Made by a program: the position numbers and the translations under genes. A DNA stretch of 63,671 nucleotides, the filler included, from Reclinomonas americana ATCC 50394 (taxonomy: Eukaryota), in the NCBI GenBank assembly GCA_048213135.1. It is 12 parts of 6 records of this genome, joined end to end, with 100 filler letters (N's around TTAATTAATTAA, not from the genome) between each part and the next. Parts side by side here need not be neighbours in the genome. Positions count along the whole stretch, not along the records: positions 1 to 17,633 come from PS015616.1; 11 more parts are not named here. One strand, given 5' to 3'. The number at the start of each line of letters is the position of its first letter. The first letter of the stretch is position 1. The notes under the pieces are model-generated. The model made no database searches. It was not told the origin of the DNA and saw nothing but the letters and a program-made list of their open reading frames with translations. Positions 1 through 13,300 of this stretch are shown here, in pieces.

Positions 1-58
<58 letters not shown>
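1..58. repeat. (GA)n microsatellite, probably in the intron of the minus-strand gene at 254-478
   Basis: Uninterrupted GA dinucleotide run at the window start. Confidence 0.95.
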
Positions 59-61
<3 letters not shown>

Positions 62-253
62 GAGAAACAAATAGGAAGAGGAGGGGGGAGGAGAGAGAGA
101 GAGAGTCTGAGAAGGAAGGAAAGGGCGGTGGAGAGACTCACACAGGGCAAGTGAGAAAAGGAAGAGTTACGAAATGATCAATCAATCACAAATGCACACT
201 CACTCTCTCTCACACACACTTTCCCTCTCCCTCTCTCCCTCTCTCTTCCTCAC

Positions 254-478
254 CAACACCAACACCATAGAAGCAGTCACCAAATTCCTCTCACTGGTCA
301 GCAAATCCACTGTCGACGTGGTCACAAAGAACGAGTCAGTGGCGTTTCTCTGCGTCCACCATGCATCGTTGAAGTTGTAGTTGTCATTGTTGTTCGTGTG
401 ATAGAAGGCGTCAAAGGAAGAGCTGGAGGAGTCGGTGCTGAAGTCGTGAAACTCCCAGGAGGAGTCACCTGTGCTCAT
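254..478 (-). CDS. Probable first coding exon of a membrane protein; the gene runs off the left edge
   Basis: ATG at 478 gives 75 codons MSTGDSSWEFHDF...QRNATDSFF...NLVTASMVLVL. The exon ends in a hydrophobic stretch at a G|GTGAGG donor followed by a microsatellite-rich intron. It contains an N-A-T sequon. Confidence 0.45.
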
Positions 479-1136
479 TGTAGAGAAAGAGGGGAAAGAT
501 CGCAGCGTGTCCTGTTGAGTTGTTTTTTGGGAGTGAAGTGAGCAGAGGAGAGGATGGTGATGAGGACTGAAGCTGATACGAAAGAGTTCGCAAGCGTGTT
601 CAAGCAGGCTGAGAAAATGGTCTGTGTCCGCAAAGATCAAAATTGCTATTGATGCATGCTCATGCGCACTTCCTCTCCACGGTCCCATGACTTGTTCTTG
701 AGCAGAGGAGAGTGTGGCTTCGAGTGGTGCAGTTCGTGTGGGTGATGCACCGAAGGAACTCGCAAACGCATTCAAAGAAAGCAAAGAAAGATGTCATGTC
801 CGGATTTTGTCCCGGTTCGGTTTGGTACTAGTGTGACCGAGGGCATCAAAGGAACCATGGGAGGAGTCAGTGCCGAGGTCGTGAAACTCCCACGAGGAGT
901 CGATTGCGCTCACGGCGGACGTCGACGTTGTGATTGATTGATCATGACGACGTCGACGTTCATACTGTACCGCGCGCCGACTGCAACACATCACGTGGCA
1001 CATAACAGTGTGCAGCACGTCGCTGGGTCTACCATCTTCGTAAGCCCCAGCCTTCAATGTTCCTTTACTTGGCGACGTATCGGAGAAACACATGAAATTT
1101 TGTACACCAAAACTTGACTTTGCACTTTGCGCGCAC

Positions 1137-4041
1137 ATGTCGTCATCAATGGAAGAACGGTGCCGCGAGCGCCTGGCAATGGTTGATGTCTACCACAGGT
1201 TCCTCTTGGAGCAGTCGACGCTGAGATTGTTCGAGCATAAAGAGAAGTTGGAGGACGGTGTGTACCGTGCATACGCAATCTTGGACGACGCTATCGAAGG
1301 TGTCGTGTCGGTGCGTTCGTGGGCGGAGCGAGAACTGCATCTCTCTCATCTCTCTTCCTCTCTCACACGCACACGCACACGCACATTCGCATTCTCACCA
1401 CTGCAAGCTGTTTTCTCCGCTGCTTGCTTCGTTCTTCTCATTTTTTCTCCTCCTCTTCCGCACTCACTCCTTGCGTCTCCCTCTCACCATGTCTCTCACT
1501 CTCTCTCTCTCTCTCACACTCACCTCTCCCGGCGACCCTTCCAAATGTCGCCTTTCCTCTCCGACTCTGGCGCTCTTCTCTTCTTCCTCACTTTCTGACA
1601 CCTAGGCCTTGCTCTGTTATTGCTGTCTCGCAAGCCGTGTCCTTCTGCTGTCTTCCTCTTTCTTATCATCTCTTTCCTTCTCTCTCCCCTCTCTGCCTCA
1701 CCCTTCCTTTCCCTTCCCCGCTTCCCTCACCCTATCTCATCCTTCCTTTCACTTTCCACAGAAAGCCCGCACCTTTGCGCAGATGCTACACCACGCCCTC
1801 CACGGCCGCGTGCAGGAGATGCTTGAAGAATACAGCCGCAAGTCTTCAGAACTGCTCGCGAGTGGAACAGACATTCGCAAGTGCCATCGGATCATGGCCA
1901 ACGCGGTCGCTGATTGCATCCTGGTGGGCACCGATGGCGCCGTGGTCAGCATCTTCCGCGGTGTACAACGAGACGTCGTTGAGTACATGTGCGAGTGGTG
2001 GCCATTCGTCGCACTGGCCGTCGGTCGACTGCGGATGCTGGTCGACGAGGTGCGGCGGCGCGGAGGACCCGCGCTGCTACACTCTGCGGTTAGTGCAAAC
2101 TCGTTTGTGGAGGTGCTGCGTGCGGCCGTCGTCATGTCGGACGCAGACTCGGTGCGGCTGGTGAGCGAGCTTGGACTGGTGAACCGCGATTCTTCGTCGA
2201 CGCAGTACGTGCTTGCCGGCGTGACGAGGCATTGTATCGTGACGGGGAAAACGGCCGTCCTCCATGCTCTCTGCTCATCGTGGTCACTGAACGGAATGGT
2301 GGAGTCGGTGAGGCTCGAGGTGGCCGCCACGACTGGCAATGTGGCGGCGGTGCAGGAGCTCCTGGCCGCAGGCGTGGCAGATCCGGCATTCGGCTATTAC
2401 TGGGCACTGCGGCAGGCAGCGTCTCGTGGCCACACGCAGATTGTGACGGCGCTGCTTGGCGATGCACGCGTGAATGTGGGAGTTATTGGCAATTTTGCAC
2501 TGTCGCTCGCCTGCAAGCACGGACACGAGGATATTGTTTCGCTCCTGTTGTCGTACGAGGAAGTCGATTTCGGCACTAATCCACGAAATGGTACTGAGAA
2601 TGACGGTGTATCATGTGCACTCGTGGACGCTGACGGCACCCATCTCGATGTGGATCCGCATTCAAACTCTGGTATGGATGGTTTTAGCCCGGAGGCCTTG
2701 GCAGCTGCTGTTCGCGGAAACCACATTTCCATTGTGCGACTGTTATTGGAGGTGGACCGTGCTCGCCGTCCCGACAGCGTGTGGTGGCTCAGCTGCCTCA
2801 ACGACTTCAGCGATATGCGTGTGGATGTGCTGGAGATGTTGCTCGACGAGCCGCGCCTTGTTGCAGGCGTCGAGAGTCCAGATATCGTCCTTCTTGAAGC
2901 GTTGGATACTGAACGGTTCTATGTCACGGTGCCAGTGCTCCTGGCGCGTGAGCGGTATCGTCCGCACGTGGAGACGATAGACCTCGCGAAGTGCCTTGGC
3001 GAACTTGTTTGTTGCCCCTGCGATGTGCGTGTCGTGGACGGTGTGCTCGACACAGCAATTCGAGCTGTGCTTGCTGAGGCTGATCGACGTGGCGAGCTCG
3101 ACGTCGTCCTTACGGAGGCGTTCACGTACTGCTCGCGCGAGCTGCAACACGAATACCAGCATGTGCGCTTCTTCTTGAGTTTGCCGTTTGTCAGTCCGCT
3201 GGTCGGCAGTGCTGCTCTCGTGCGCTGTTCGAGGAGAGACGTTGCTGCGCTGTACAATGTTGTTCAAGAGGGCGTAAACCCAATGGATTTCGATCGCGAT
3301 CCACAGAATACTCGGGAGAGTTACCTGTGCCGCCTGGAAGCCGCCAAGTACCGCATGGTGGCATTTTGGTGCCTGGCTGGAGTGCTGCCGGAGGTTTGAC
3401 TCTGTTTCTCTGTCTTGAGTTTCGTCTTACGTAACTCACTGCAAATTGTTGGCCTGTGGCAGTGGTTCGAGATTCAGCATCCATTCCGCATGTCGGCCGT
3501 GGAGAGCGCTGTTGCGTCATGGACGAATCAATGCCAGCAGCTTCTTGCCTCCGACGAAGTCTTGCTGGATTGCACGGCTCCATTCCCACTTGTGCAACTC
3601 AGCTGTGCCATTGCGCCGTCGGGGAAACAAGTCGTGCAATCGTCGAGTGAGGTTGGGTGCGAGTACAAGGCATCGGTACCCTCGGCCACTGTGTTGCGCC
3701 GTCTTGTAGACGCCCTCGTGGTCGGGGATGCCGAACGGTCGTACCGTCGCGTGGGATTGTGCCGTTCCACGTCACCTCTGGTGCACGCACTCTCGCCGGG
3801 TGGAGTGCTGCGCGATCTGTCGCGTGACACGCTGCATCGAGTGCTCCTGTACGAGATCTACCACGTGCTTCTGGCCGACAAGCTGCAGAGGGGCGTCGGC
3901 GTGGTGCTGCCGTCCGATGTGTGGATGCACATTGTGCTCTACGTCAGGCCAGCGCCGCCGCGATTACTCCTGCCACCGTCGCCAGACGGATGGTTGAATG
4001 GTCTGCTAGATTCACCTTCAGAGAGCGAAGATGAGGATTGA
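1137..4041 (+). CDS. Ankyrin-repeat protein with a C-terminal F-box-like motif (exons about 1137-1310, 1762-3393, 3463-4041)
   Basis: Ankyrin motifs LEVAATTGNVAAVQELL, ALRQAASRGHTQIVTALLGDARVN, ALSLACKHGHEDIVSLLL and ALAAAVRGNHISIVRLLL. Phase-0 GT-AG introns join the three ORFs in frame. The C-terminus has LPSDVWMHIVLYV. Confidence 0.8.
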
Positions 4042-4528
4042 GTTAATGTGAGAGAGCTCTCGCTGGGATGCATGACTTCTGTTGAATGTCGTCTTCTGCA
4101 TATGGGAGCGTCCGCTCTTGTGGTCCGTGAGTTTCATGGTGCGTAGCTCGTTGGATGCCACACCGAGGCGAGCGACGTCCGCAACATCAGTACACGCTGA
4201 TAGTTCTGACGGCAGTCGCTGGGTTTACGCATGAGACGACAATGATGCACCAACAGGCGACACTCGAGAGTATATATGCGTTATGTGTATTGTTGGTGTG
4301 CCAAAGTCATTGTCGGCAAGGGATTTGTGGATAATTGTCGCACTAGTGGAATGTGGTGAATGAAGTGTTTTGTTGTCGACACAGTGCGGAATGCATGTTG
4401 TCGACGCTACAATGCACGGATCTGGAGGGATGTGCACAAGGAGACACGTCTTTCTGGTTTAGGGTGGCGATCTGCGTTGTCTGTCTGTCGTCCCGCGATT
4501 GTACTTCCGAACATACACACAATCAAAC

Positions 4529-7500
4529 ATGGATGTTGCGCGCTTATTATTTTTCCGTCATCTCTCTCTCCCCTCCCTCCCCCGCTCTCTCTGTCTCTTT
4601 ACGTTTGTCTGTCTCTCTCTCTCTCTCTGTCTCTCTGCCTGTGCAGTTTCTCCTCTTTTCTCTCTTGTGTCGTCTCCTTGACTTTCTCTCCCTCCCTTCC
4701 CTGCCTCCTTCACTCACTCACCCACACACTCACAGGAGGACTTCACCATCCACATCACCACTCAATGCCCACACTACGCCCCCTCCGTCTCACTGCACAC
4801 ACTGCACGCGCACTCTCCACTCTCCAACCTGATCAAGGCCGCTACAGCCGCTCTGCGTGAGAGCTCTGGCGATGCTGTCTTGCGCGTGGTGGCCATTCGA
4901 CGCCCATTGCAGTTTGCGCATTGGGAGATGGAGGAGGTGCCACTGGTGGGACTTGGCATTGGCAATGGAACGACAATGGAACTCAGTGTGGCGTCTGAGT
5001 TGCGGTCATGTCTCTGTCTCTGTCCCTCTCTCTCTCTCTCATTCTTTCTCTCTCTCCGATCCCATTGTGGCCAGTTTCCTGCAGCTCTGCCTCTTTGCCT
5101 GGCTTCATGCTGTCCCCCCACCCTCCTTTCCATCCTCCCTCCTCCCTGCTCCGTTGTTTGCCTTCTCTCTCTCTCTCTGTCCATTCTTGGAATCTAGCTC
5201 CGTCTCCCCTCTCTCCTGTGATGTTTCCGGCGCTTTCTCGCATCCTTTCTCTCCCTTCGTCTCCTTGTCTCTCTCCACTCCAGCGCTTCGCCTGTCACTC
5301 TTCCAGTTTTCTTCCCTCATGCTGTGTTCTCCCACGATGATCCTTCTCCCTCATTCTCTTCGCCTGTCTCTCTTCATGTTTCCTGGTCTGCGGATGTGCT
5401 CTTTGACTTTCACTTTGTCAGTCACCACACTGTTGTGTATCCTGCCTTCTCCTTCTCTCTCCCCGCTCAGTCTACATCGTCCTCCATTCATACTTGCAGT
5501 CGTCAGAGTCTCTCTTTCACCTTCTCCCGTCCCGTTGCTCTCTGAACTTGTGCTCAAAAACCTCCCTCTTGATCTCCGTCTGCTCCTTCCTGCTGTCTGT
5601 CTCTACCTCTCTCTCTTGTCTTCTTTCTGCCTTCGCTGTCTCTCATAATTGTGCTCCTTTGCTCTTCCTGCATCCTCACTTTTTCTCTTCCACCCTCCCC
5701 TTCTGATCCCCCCACAGCAAGGACTTTGATATCCCACCAGAGTCAGAGCGCATCACCACCTTCGACAGTGGTCTGTCTTTTCAAGCGCGTCCCCCTCCAT
5801 TAACGCTCACCTTCCCACGCTCACCATTGCCCCCTCGCCCACAGTGACCTCACTCATGGAAGAAATCACACGAGTGTTGGAACTGCCGCGCGGAGATGAG
5901 GTCGAGCGCGCCGTCTGGGCCATTAACGATTCACTGCATGCACGTTGCGTCGCTCATGGACCCGGAGCCTCCTCCCTCCGTCCCACTCTCATGACACATG
6001 TGCGCATGCAGACCGCCATTTGTGCCGCCCGTTTGTACAGCAAGGCGGCACTGCTGGCTTGCTGGACTTGCTGCGCTCCAATGTCGGACACAGCCAGTCA
6101 ACTGTGCTCGCGCTGTGTTGTACCCTCCGCAAAGTGGTGTGCGGTGAGCATGGTCGCCCGGTTGTTGTCTTCGCGTGTTATGTGGGCTGCTATTCATCCG
6201 GTCTTTCCTCAGAGGACGACGATATGGAGGAAGACAAGGCTGCTGATGATCTTCGCGAGGCATTTGTGGAGGCCGGTGGATTGTCTGTGCTGGCACAGGT
6301 GCTGCGGAACCATGGCGGCAATCCGATGGTCGTGTGCTGGGCGTTTGATGTGATTCGACTGTGTTGTCGTGGTGCGTGGGCTGAGCAGACTGGTCTTTTC
6401 ATCGCATCTGCCGTTATCTGTCGACTGTCTGTGCCCTGTCTCCCTGTCTCTCTGCGTCTCTGCGTTTCTGTCGTCTGCTTCGTCACTCTCTCACGTTCTG
6501 ACTCGCTGACTCTGTCTCTCTTTTTGCTACCTCTCTTGGCTTTCTCCCAATCTCTTTCTCTCCCTCACCTGTGTGTCTCCCGTAATGTCTCTCTTGTTTG
6601 GCCTCACTCACTTTCTGTGTCTCTCCTCTCGCTTTGTCCTTTATGACACCTATGTCGCTGTTACCCGATTTTCTCGCCCTCTCTCTCGTCTACTGTTCCT
6701 ATTCCCACCTTCTGCGTGTGTCTCCTCTCTTTGCAAGTTGCCGTGTGTCGCTTTGTCAGCTTCTTCTCTGCTCTCTCTCCCTCCACTTCCCCCTCCACCC
6801 TTTCCCCTCTTTCCCCTCTTTCCCCTCTTTCCCCTCTTTCCCCTCTTTCCCCCTCTCACTCTGCCCTCAGCTGAGACCGCGGGGATCGCATGCTGCGAAA
6901 ACGGACTGCTTTCCGTGGTGGTCGACTGCGCTCGCCAGCATTCCATGTTGACAACCGTAGTCTCTATGGCCAACTGGGCCATGTACAACGCCAGTGCGTA
7001 CACTCTTTTTTTCTCCCTCCCCTGCGTTCGGCCTTTTGTTTTCTCACGCTCGCGCACACCAGTTTTCCATGACGCCGGGCCGGCAGCGTTTCGTGCGGCG
7101 GGCGGTGTGGAACTGATTGTAGATCTCGTTCGCCAGCACGCCGACAGTGACGATACAATTAACGAGCTGTTTGACCTGCTTACGTTGATCTTGGATGGTG
7201 AGCTTGCTGTTTCGTTACTTTTGTCTCGCTCCGCCTCTCACTCCATATGGCCCGCAGGCTCCGTCGAAAACAAGAAGGCCTTTGTTGCCGCCAACGGCAT
7301 CGACATGCTGGCCGAGATTCTCTACGCGCACATGGCGGACTTCAGCGTCACAAGGCACACTCTGCGCCTGTTGTGGCTATTCCTTCCCGCAGGTTCTGTA
7401 GGGGGGCGAGGAAGAGGGAGGAGAGGAAAGAGTGAGACAGAGGGAAAGGGAAGTGACTGAAAGTGGGAGAGAATGGCGACAAGAAAGTTGATGAAAGAGA

Positions 7501-8148
7501 GGAAGATGAGGGAGAAGAGCAACGAGAAGAGACAGAGATAGAGCCCCCATGCTTGTCGCGTATCATCTCACACGGTGCACAGACGATCCGGAGGACACTG
7601 CGCACGCCTCCGCGCTCTTTGCCGTTGTAGATGGCATGGACCTCCTGGTCGAGGCACTGAAGGACCATTCCGACAGGAAATTATTCATCGCGCGGGCCTC
7701 GGAAGTGGTGTGCGCATGCCTTGAGCGTTTCGTATATTTCCCGTGTGTTTCCGTCCACTACAGTCACCCTCTCACTCGTCCGTGTGCACAGATGGCCCGA
7801 CAGCCGAGAATGCGAGCAGGTTTCTTGTGCTGGGCGGCTTGTCCTTACTGCTTGACTTGCTGAAGAAGCACCATGAGGACTCCAAGGCAGTGGAGCACAT
7901 TATTGCTGCCATTCAGCCGCTTTGCAAGGGTTCGTGCGTGGTGGAGGGAATGCTTGTCGTGTTTCAGTGCCGTCGCTCACCACGCGTACAGAGGCCGAAG
8001 TGTGCGAGGAGCTGATTGATGCAGGAGGTGCGCAGCTGTTTGTCGAGATGCTGCGGGAGCACATTGACAACAAGGATGTCGTACGAAACACGCTACGTAC
8101 CCTCAACAAGTCCAATAGCGGTGTGTGCTCTAGTGCGTGTGTGTGCTC

Positions 8149-8216
<68 letters not shown>

Positions 8217-8236
8217 NNNNNNNNNNNNNNNNNNNN

Positions 8237-8286
<50 letters not shown>

Positions 8287-10306
8287 TGTGTTAGCAAGCT
8301 GCCAGTACCGATGAATGCTCATCGTCTGATCAGGATCCGGAACAGGCGAAATCAAGGAGCATTACGTTCAATGTGGTATCATTGATGCGGCTGTCCAGGT
8401 GATCAAGCAGCACCCGGACGAGGCTCTCATTGTCGAATACGCGTGTGGAGCGCTGTGGAACTTTCTCAGTTGCGAGAAGGGAGAGGGTGACGGGGAAGTG
8501 GTTTTCTCTCTGAGTTGCTTCATTCTCCCTTGATGCGTGCTGTTCTGCGAATCTCTTGTTTGTGGCCGAGTGCTTGTGTCTTTGCGCATCTTGAGTATCT
8601 CGACGCCATTCAGGGTTGTCGTCTGTTTGTTTAATTTCCCACGGCAGAGTCACCAATTCTTAGCTATAGTGTTTGTGTGCTCCTGGTTGCTCTGCTTCCT
8701 TCCCCTCCTATCTGTGTTTTTCGGCACGGAGGAAGAGAAACAGGAAAGAAGTCCGAATGCCTGAAGGGGCGTGAGTGATGGAGGAAGACGCACAATCGGT
8801 GATTTGCAAACAGAAGTAGAAAGAAGCGAAGAGTGATTGTGGGCAGAGGACAACCGAACCCATTCAGAGCACTACGCGCAGGACTCTTTATCTCTCTCCT
8901 TCCCTCTCACCCCTCCTCAACACTCTCTCCTCGGGCAGACCGCGGGCAGCCGCAGGTGCGATTCGCCGACTCGGGCGGCTACGAGCTGCTGGCACAGGTC
9001 ATTCGCCAACACTCGGCAAACTCAAAAGTAGTCCAGACCGCGTTTGGCGCCCTCCGCCGCGCCATTGCTGGTGAGCTTCCTCCTTTCCTTTCATGATTTG
9101 GCGATGCCGGCTCACTCTTTCCCTGTCGCACAGATTCTGGCGATTTGAAACAGCGCTTTGGTGTCGCTGGTGGCATGCAACAGATTGTCGACGTGCTGCA
9201 GATGCACATGGACGACTGGCGCATCGTCGACAAGGTGCTGCCGGTGGCGCGCATTGCTGCAACAGGTGTGTGTGGGAGTGGAACGCGCTTCATGTGTCAA
9301 TCTTTCTCCCACTCACTGTCTCTCTCTTCACCGCAGGTGAAAACAAGAGATACTTTCGCGATGCCGGCGGTCTGCAGCTGGCCGTGGAGTGCCTACGGCG
9401 GCACATCAACGAGGCCTGTACGGTGGTGAAGGAGGCCAGCAATCTCATTGGAGAATTGTGCCAAGGTATGCAGCCCGTTTGTCCTTCCTGCTCCTTCCGT
9501 GTTGATCATGAGTGGCGCCACAGAGGATGAGAGTCGTGCGCCCGTCTTGGCGGCCGGTGGAGCAGAGCTGTTGCTGCAGGCGCTCCGCCTGCATGTGGCC
9601 TCGGAGAAGGCGGCCGGAAGTGTATGCGCCGCCTTGGTGATGGTGATTTGTGGTGCGTGGGCGCGGGGGAGGAACTCTGCCGGTCTATTTATTCCGGTCT
9701 TCTCACTTGGCCTTTGCAGATGAACCACAACACGAGCAGCAGTTTGTGGCGGGCGGCGGGGTGGAAATTGTGCTGGACGTGATTCGGGAGCATTCGCAGG
9801 ATCCGCGATTGGTCGGGTCGGCAGTGGCGTTGCTGACTACGGTGGTGAAGGGTGAGGCAATGAGGGAGTGAGGGAGGAAGGGAGTGTGTGTTTGTTGACT
9901 AGTCACGTGTGGATGCGCAGATGGCTCGGAGGGTCTGCAGCGATTTGCGGCCGCGCAGGGAGCCGACGTGATGATGATGAAGGTGGTGATGAACCCGATA
10001 CACTTTATGGTGGAGGGCGCAGCGAACCACCTGATGCGCCTGGCGATGCTGTCGTTGCTGACGGCGGCAAAGGCGCAAGTGGAGGCAAGAAGCAGGCGCC
10101 GGGGCAGCGACGACGACGACGGCGATGACGATGTCGACGTCGATGACGACGGCGCTGGTGACGATAGCGGCAGCGACGATGACGATGGTGGTGCGAAGAG
10201 TCGCAGTGCCGCTCGTCGTCGGCAGTTGGCGCGGCGCAAGAAGACGACTCGGCGGGTGCGCAAGCAGAGTAAGGGAGGGGGAGGGAGAGGTGATGGGTAT
10301 GATTGA
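4529..10306 (+). CDS. UBL-ARM paralog 1: ubiquitin-like domain plus about 15 armadillo repeats and an acidic/basic tail
   Basis: Micro-exon ATG GAT at 4529-4534. Exon 4736-4998 ends EEVPLVGLGIGNGTTMELSV, which is Ubl-like. Phase-1 exons follow, each encoding an ARM repeat (FVEAGGLSVLAQVLRNH, FRDAGGLQLAVECLRRH). Stop at 10306. Confidence 0.8.
8151..8290. repeat. Intronic (GT)n microsatellite interrupted by a short N gap
   Basis: Direct observation. Confidence 0.95.
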
Positions 10307-11005
10307 GCGCAAGAAGGCTGCCGTCAAAACTGGTGTTGGAGTTGGCCATCTGGTTGGTGCATGATCATGACTTGTCGACAGTTTTACTTGTTGAAGGATA
10401 GCATACTAGATTGCTGGCGATCACTGACAGCGAGCGAAACATGCACACCACTGATTCACCAACAACACGACAAGCTCTCATTTTTTCAACCTCACCACCA
10501 GTGACTGCTTTGCCGACTTGGCTTTGTTTGCCTGGCTTATGGCCTTTTCCCGAATTCGATGTGCCGTGTGTACGATCGCAGAAAACGCTGTGCGTCTATG
10601 CAAGTGCGTCAAAGCCACTGGTCAACCACGCTTATGCGGTGAAGATCGCAGTTCTCGACTTGTTCGGAGCTCCGAGAGCGAACACACACACACAAGGAAC
10701 CTGCTGCTGCCTCAAGATTGGTGTCTGTGTTGATGCTTTGGATACGGTTGAACTTGGTCATCAAGACAGCTGTTGCGTGCTTCTACGCGTGGCGAAGAAG
10801 ACAACGCGTGCGTTCGAATTCTGACGTTGCATGCATGATATCGATCAAAGTCCTCGCAACGCCAGTGATCAAATGCAAGGGCACAGAGATCGCATAATCC
10901 AGCATACGCTGCGAGACAAACAGGACCCACAGATTGCAAACAAGGCATAGCAAGCTGCAATGTTGTCCCTTCGTCGTCCCCTGTGTTGTCCAATCATCCG
11001 TCCTC

Positions 11006-13267
11006 ATGGCTGTTGCGCACACACCTCTCCCTCCACTTCACCCACCCACTCACTCACCCACTCACTCACTCACTCACCACAGGACGACGAGCACGCCACC
11101 ATCCTCGTCGACTGCACCTCACAACTGCGCGCAGAGCTCCCCGCAATCCCACTGCACACTCGTCTCTCCGCAGTCGCCGAAGCCGCCATAGGCGCACTCC
11201 TCCTCCTCCAACAACAGCATTTGCAGAGAGAAGACAACAGTCGTCGATTTGTGATTGTGCGACTGGTGACGGCGTTGAGTGAGGTGGTGATCGATGTGAG
11301 CGGCGATGAGAGAACGCTGCGGGAGATTGGTGTGAGTCATGGCAGTGTGTGTTTGATGGAGGCGAGGGTGGAGGGTGACGAGGTGGAGGAGGAGTTGCGT
11401 GGGAGAGGGAGAGGGAGGGGGAAAGGGATGAATGGGGAAGGGTGATAGAGAGGGAGAGAGAGACTGAGAGAGATTGTCTGTGTGTGTGTGTGAGTGTGTG
11501 AGAGAGAGAGAGAGAGAAAAAGAGAGAGCGTGTGTGTGTGAGAGAGGGGAGAGATGCGGAAGAATGCAGAGTTATTCAGAGTTCGGTTTCCTTCGCCCTT
11601 CCCTTCTCTTTCTCACACACACACACACACTCTCTCTGTCTGTCTGTCTCTCTCTCCGTCCTTCCTTCAAAACGTATACTCTTCATGCACATGAGGCAAT
11701 CTCTTCTCACGCCTCGCTTGGTTGTCTCCTGNNNNNNNNNNNNNNNNNNNNNNNNNNNNNNNNNNNNNNNNNNNNNNNNNNNNNNNNNNNNNNNNNNNNN
11801 NNNNNNNNNNNNNNNNNNNNNNNNNNNNNNNNNNNNNNNNNNNNNNNNNNNNNNNNNNNNNNNNNNNNNNNNNNNNNNNNNNNNNNNNNNNNNNNNNNNN
11901 NNNNNNNNNNNNNNNNNNNNNNNNNNNNNNNNNNNNNNNNNNNNNNNNNNNNNNNNNNNNNNNNNNNNNNNNNNNNNNNNNNNNNNNNNNNNNNNNNNNN
12001 NNNNNNNNNNNNNNNNNNNNNNNNNNNNNNNNNNNNNNNNNNNNNNNNNNNNNNNNNNNNNNNNNNNNNNNNNNNNNNNNNNNNNNNNNNNNNNNNNNNN
12101 NNNNNNNNNNNNNNNNNNNNNNNNNNNNNNNNNNNNNNNNNNNNNNNNNNNNNNNNNNNNNNNNNNNNNNNNNNNNNNNNNNNNNNNNNNNNNNNNNNNN
12201 NNNNNNNNNNNNNNNNNNNNNNNNNNNNNNNNNNNNNNNNNNNNNNNNNNNNNNNNNNNNNNNNNNNNNNNNNNNNNNNNNNNNNNNNNNNNNNNNNNNN
12301 NNNNNNNNNNNNNNNNNNNNNNNNNNNNNNNNNNNNNNNNNNNNNNNNNNNNNNNNNNNNNNNNNNNNNNNNNNNNNNNNNNNNNNNNNNNNNNNNNNNN
12401 NNNNNNNNNNNNNNNNNNNNNNNNNNNNNNNNNNNNNNNNNNNNNNNNNNNNNNNNNNNNNNNNNNNNNNNNNNNNNNNNNNNNNNNNNNNNNNNNNNNT
12501 CTCTCTCTTTCTCCTCCTCCTTCTCCCTCTCATCATCCCTTCACGCAGAGCTCCCGTCGACCCCTCCGCCGCATCCTCTTCAGCCGCCGCCGCTGTCGCC
12601 GCCGACGTACCAGGTATCATCAGCCTCCGCCCTTTCCCCATCCCCCCATCTCTTTTCCTCGCCTCACTCTGCCCGCGCACCCAGTGGAAGTCGACCCCGC
12701 CGTGCAACACGTAATCGATGAGCTGGTGCGCGCCGACACGCTGGACGCGACCGTCGACGCCGATGAGCTCGAACGCATTGGCAACGCAGCGCGCGATTTC
12801 TTGTTGGAGCGTTGCGTCACACCTGTCACGACGTGCTCGACATTTGCCCTCCTCTCTCATGATGAGGAGCAGACCCTTCACTGCGTGTTCAAGCGAGCTC
12901 CGTCAATTCGATTGCCCTGCTGGTTGGACTTGTGCGCAAGCATGTCGAGCATCCCAAGCTGGCGACGGCGTTTTGCTCGGCCCTGCGTTACGCAGTGTAT
13001 GGTACGCGTCGACTGGCGGATAATGCGAATTGTCTGTCCCTTCCCCTTATACGCGCACGCACATGCAGTTCAGGAAGAATGGGATGACGACAAGCAGTAT
13101 TCGGGACTGCGTGACAAGTATGCCGCGGCGCACGGGAATGAGCTGATGGCCGATTTGCTGCGACGATACGGCAGCGATGCTGCCATGGTGGAGCTGGTCG
13201 CGAATGCTGTGCGCTATGGAACTCGAGGTTCTCTCTCAGCGTAGTGCTCCTCCTCGGCAATCGATCT

Positions 13268-13300
<33 letters not shown>

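Noticed and set aside
3394..3444. Possible GT-AA intron (…cactgcaa|ATT GTT) that would give LPE-IVGLWQW
   Set aside because: An in-frame canonical AG lies 18 nt downstream at 3462, so a non-canonical acceptor is unnecessary without transcript data.
4353..5706. Leu/Ser-rich (SLSLSL), ERERER, CVCVCV and THTHTH ORFs here and throughout the window
   Set aside because: They are translations of intronic or intergenic CT, GA and GT microsatellites.
12614..12684. Donor GTATCATC resembling a U12 5' splice site
   Set aside because: It does not match GTATCCTT, and there is no TTCCTTAAC branch site.
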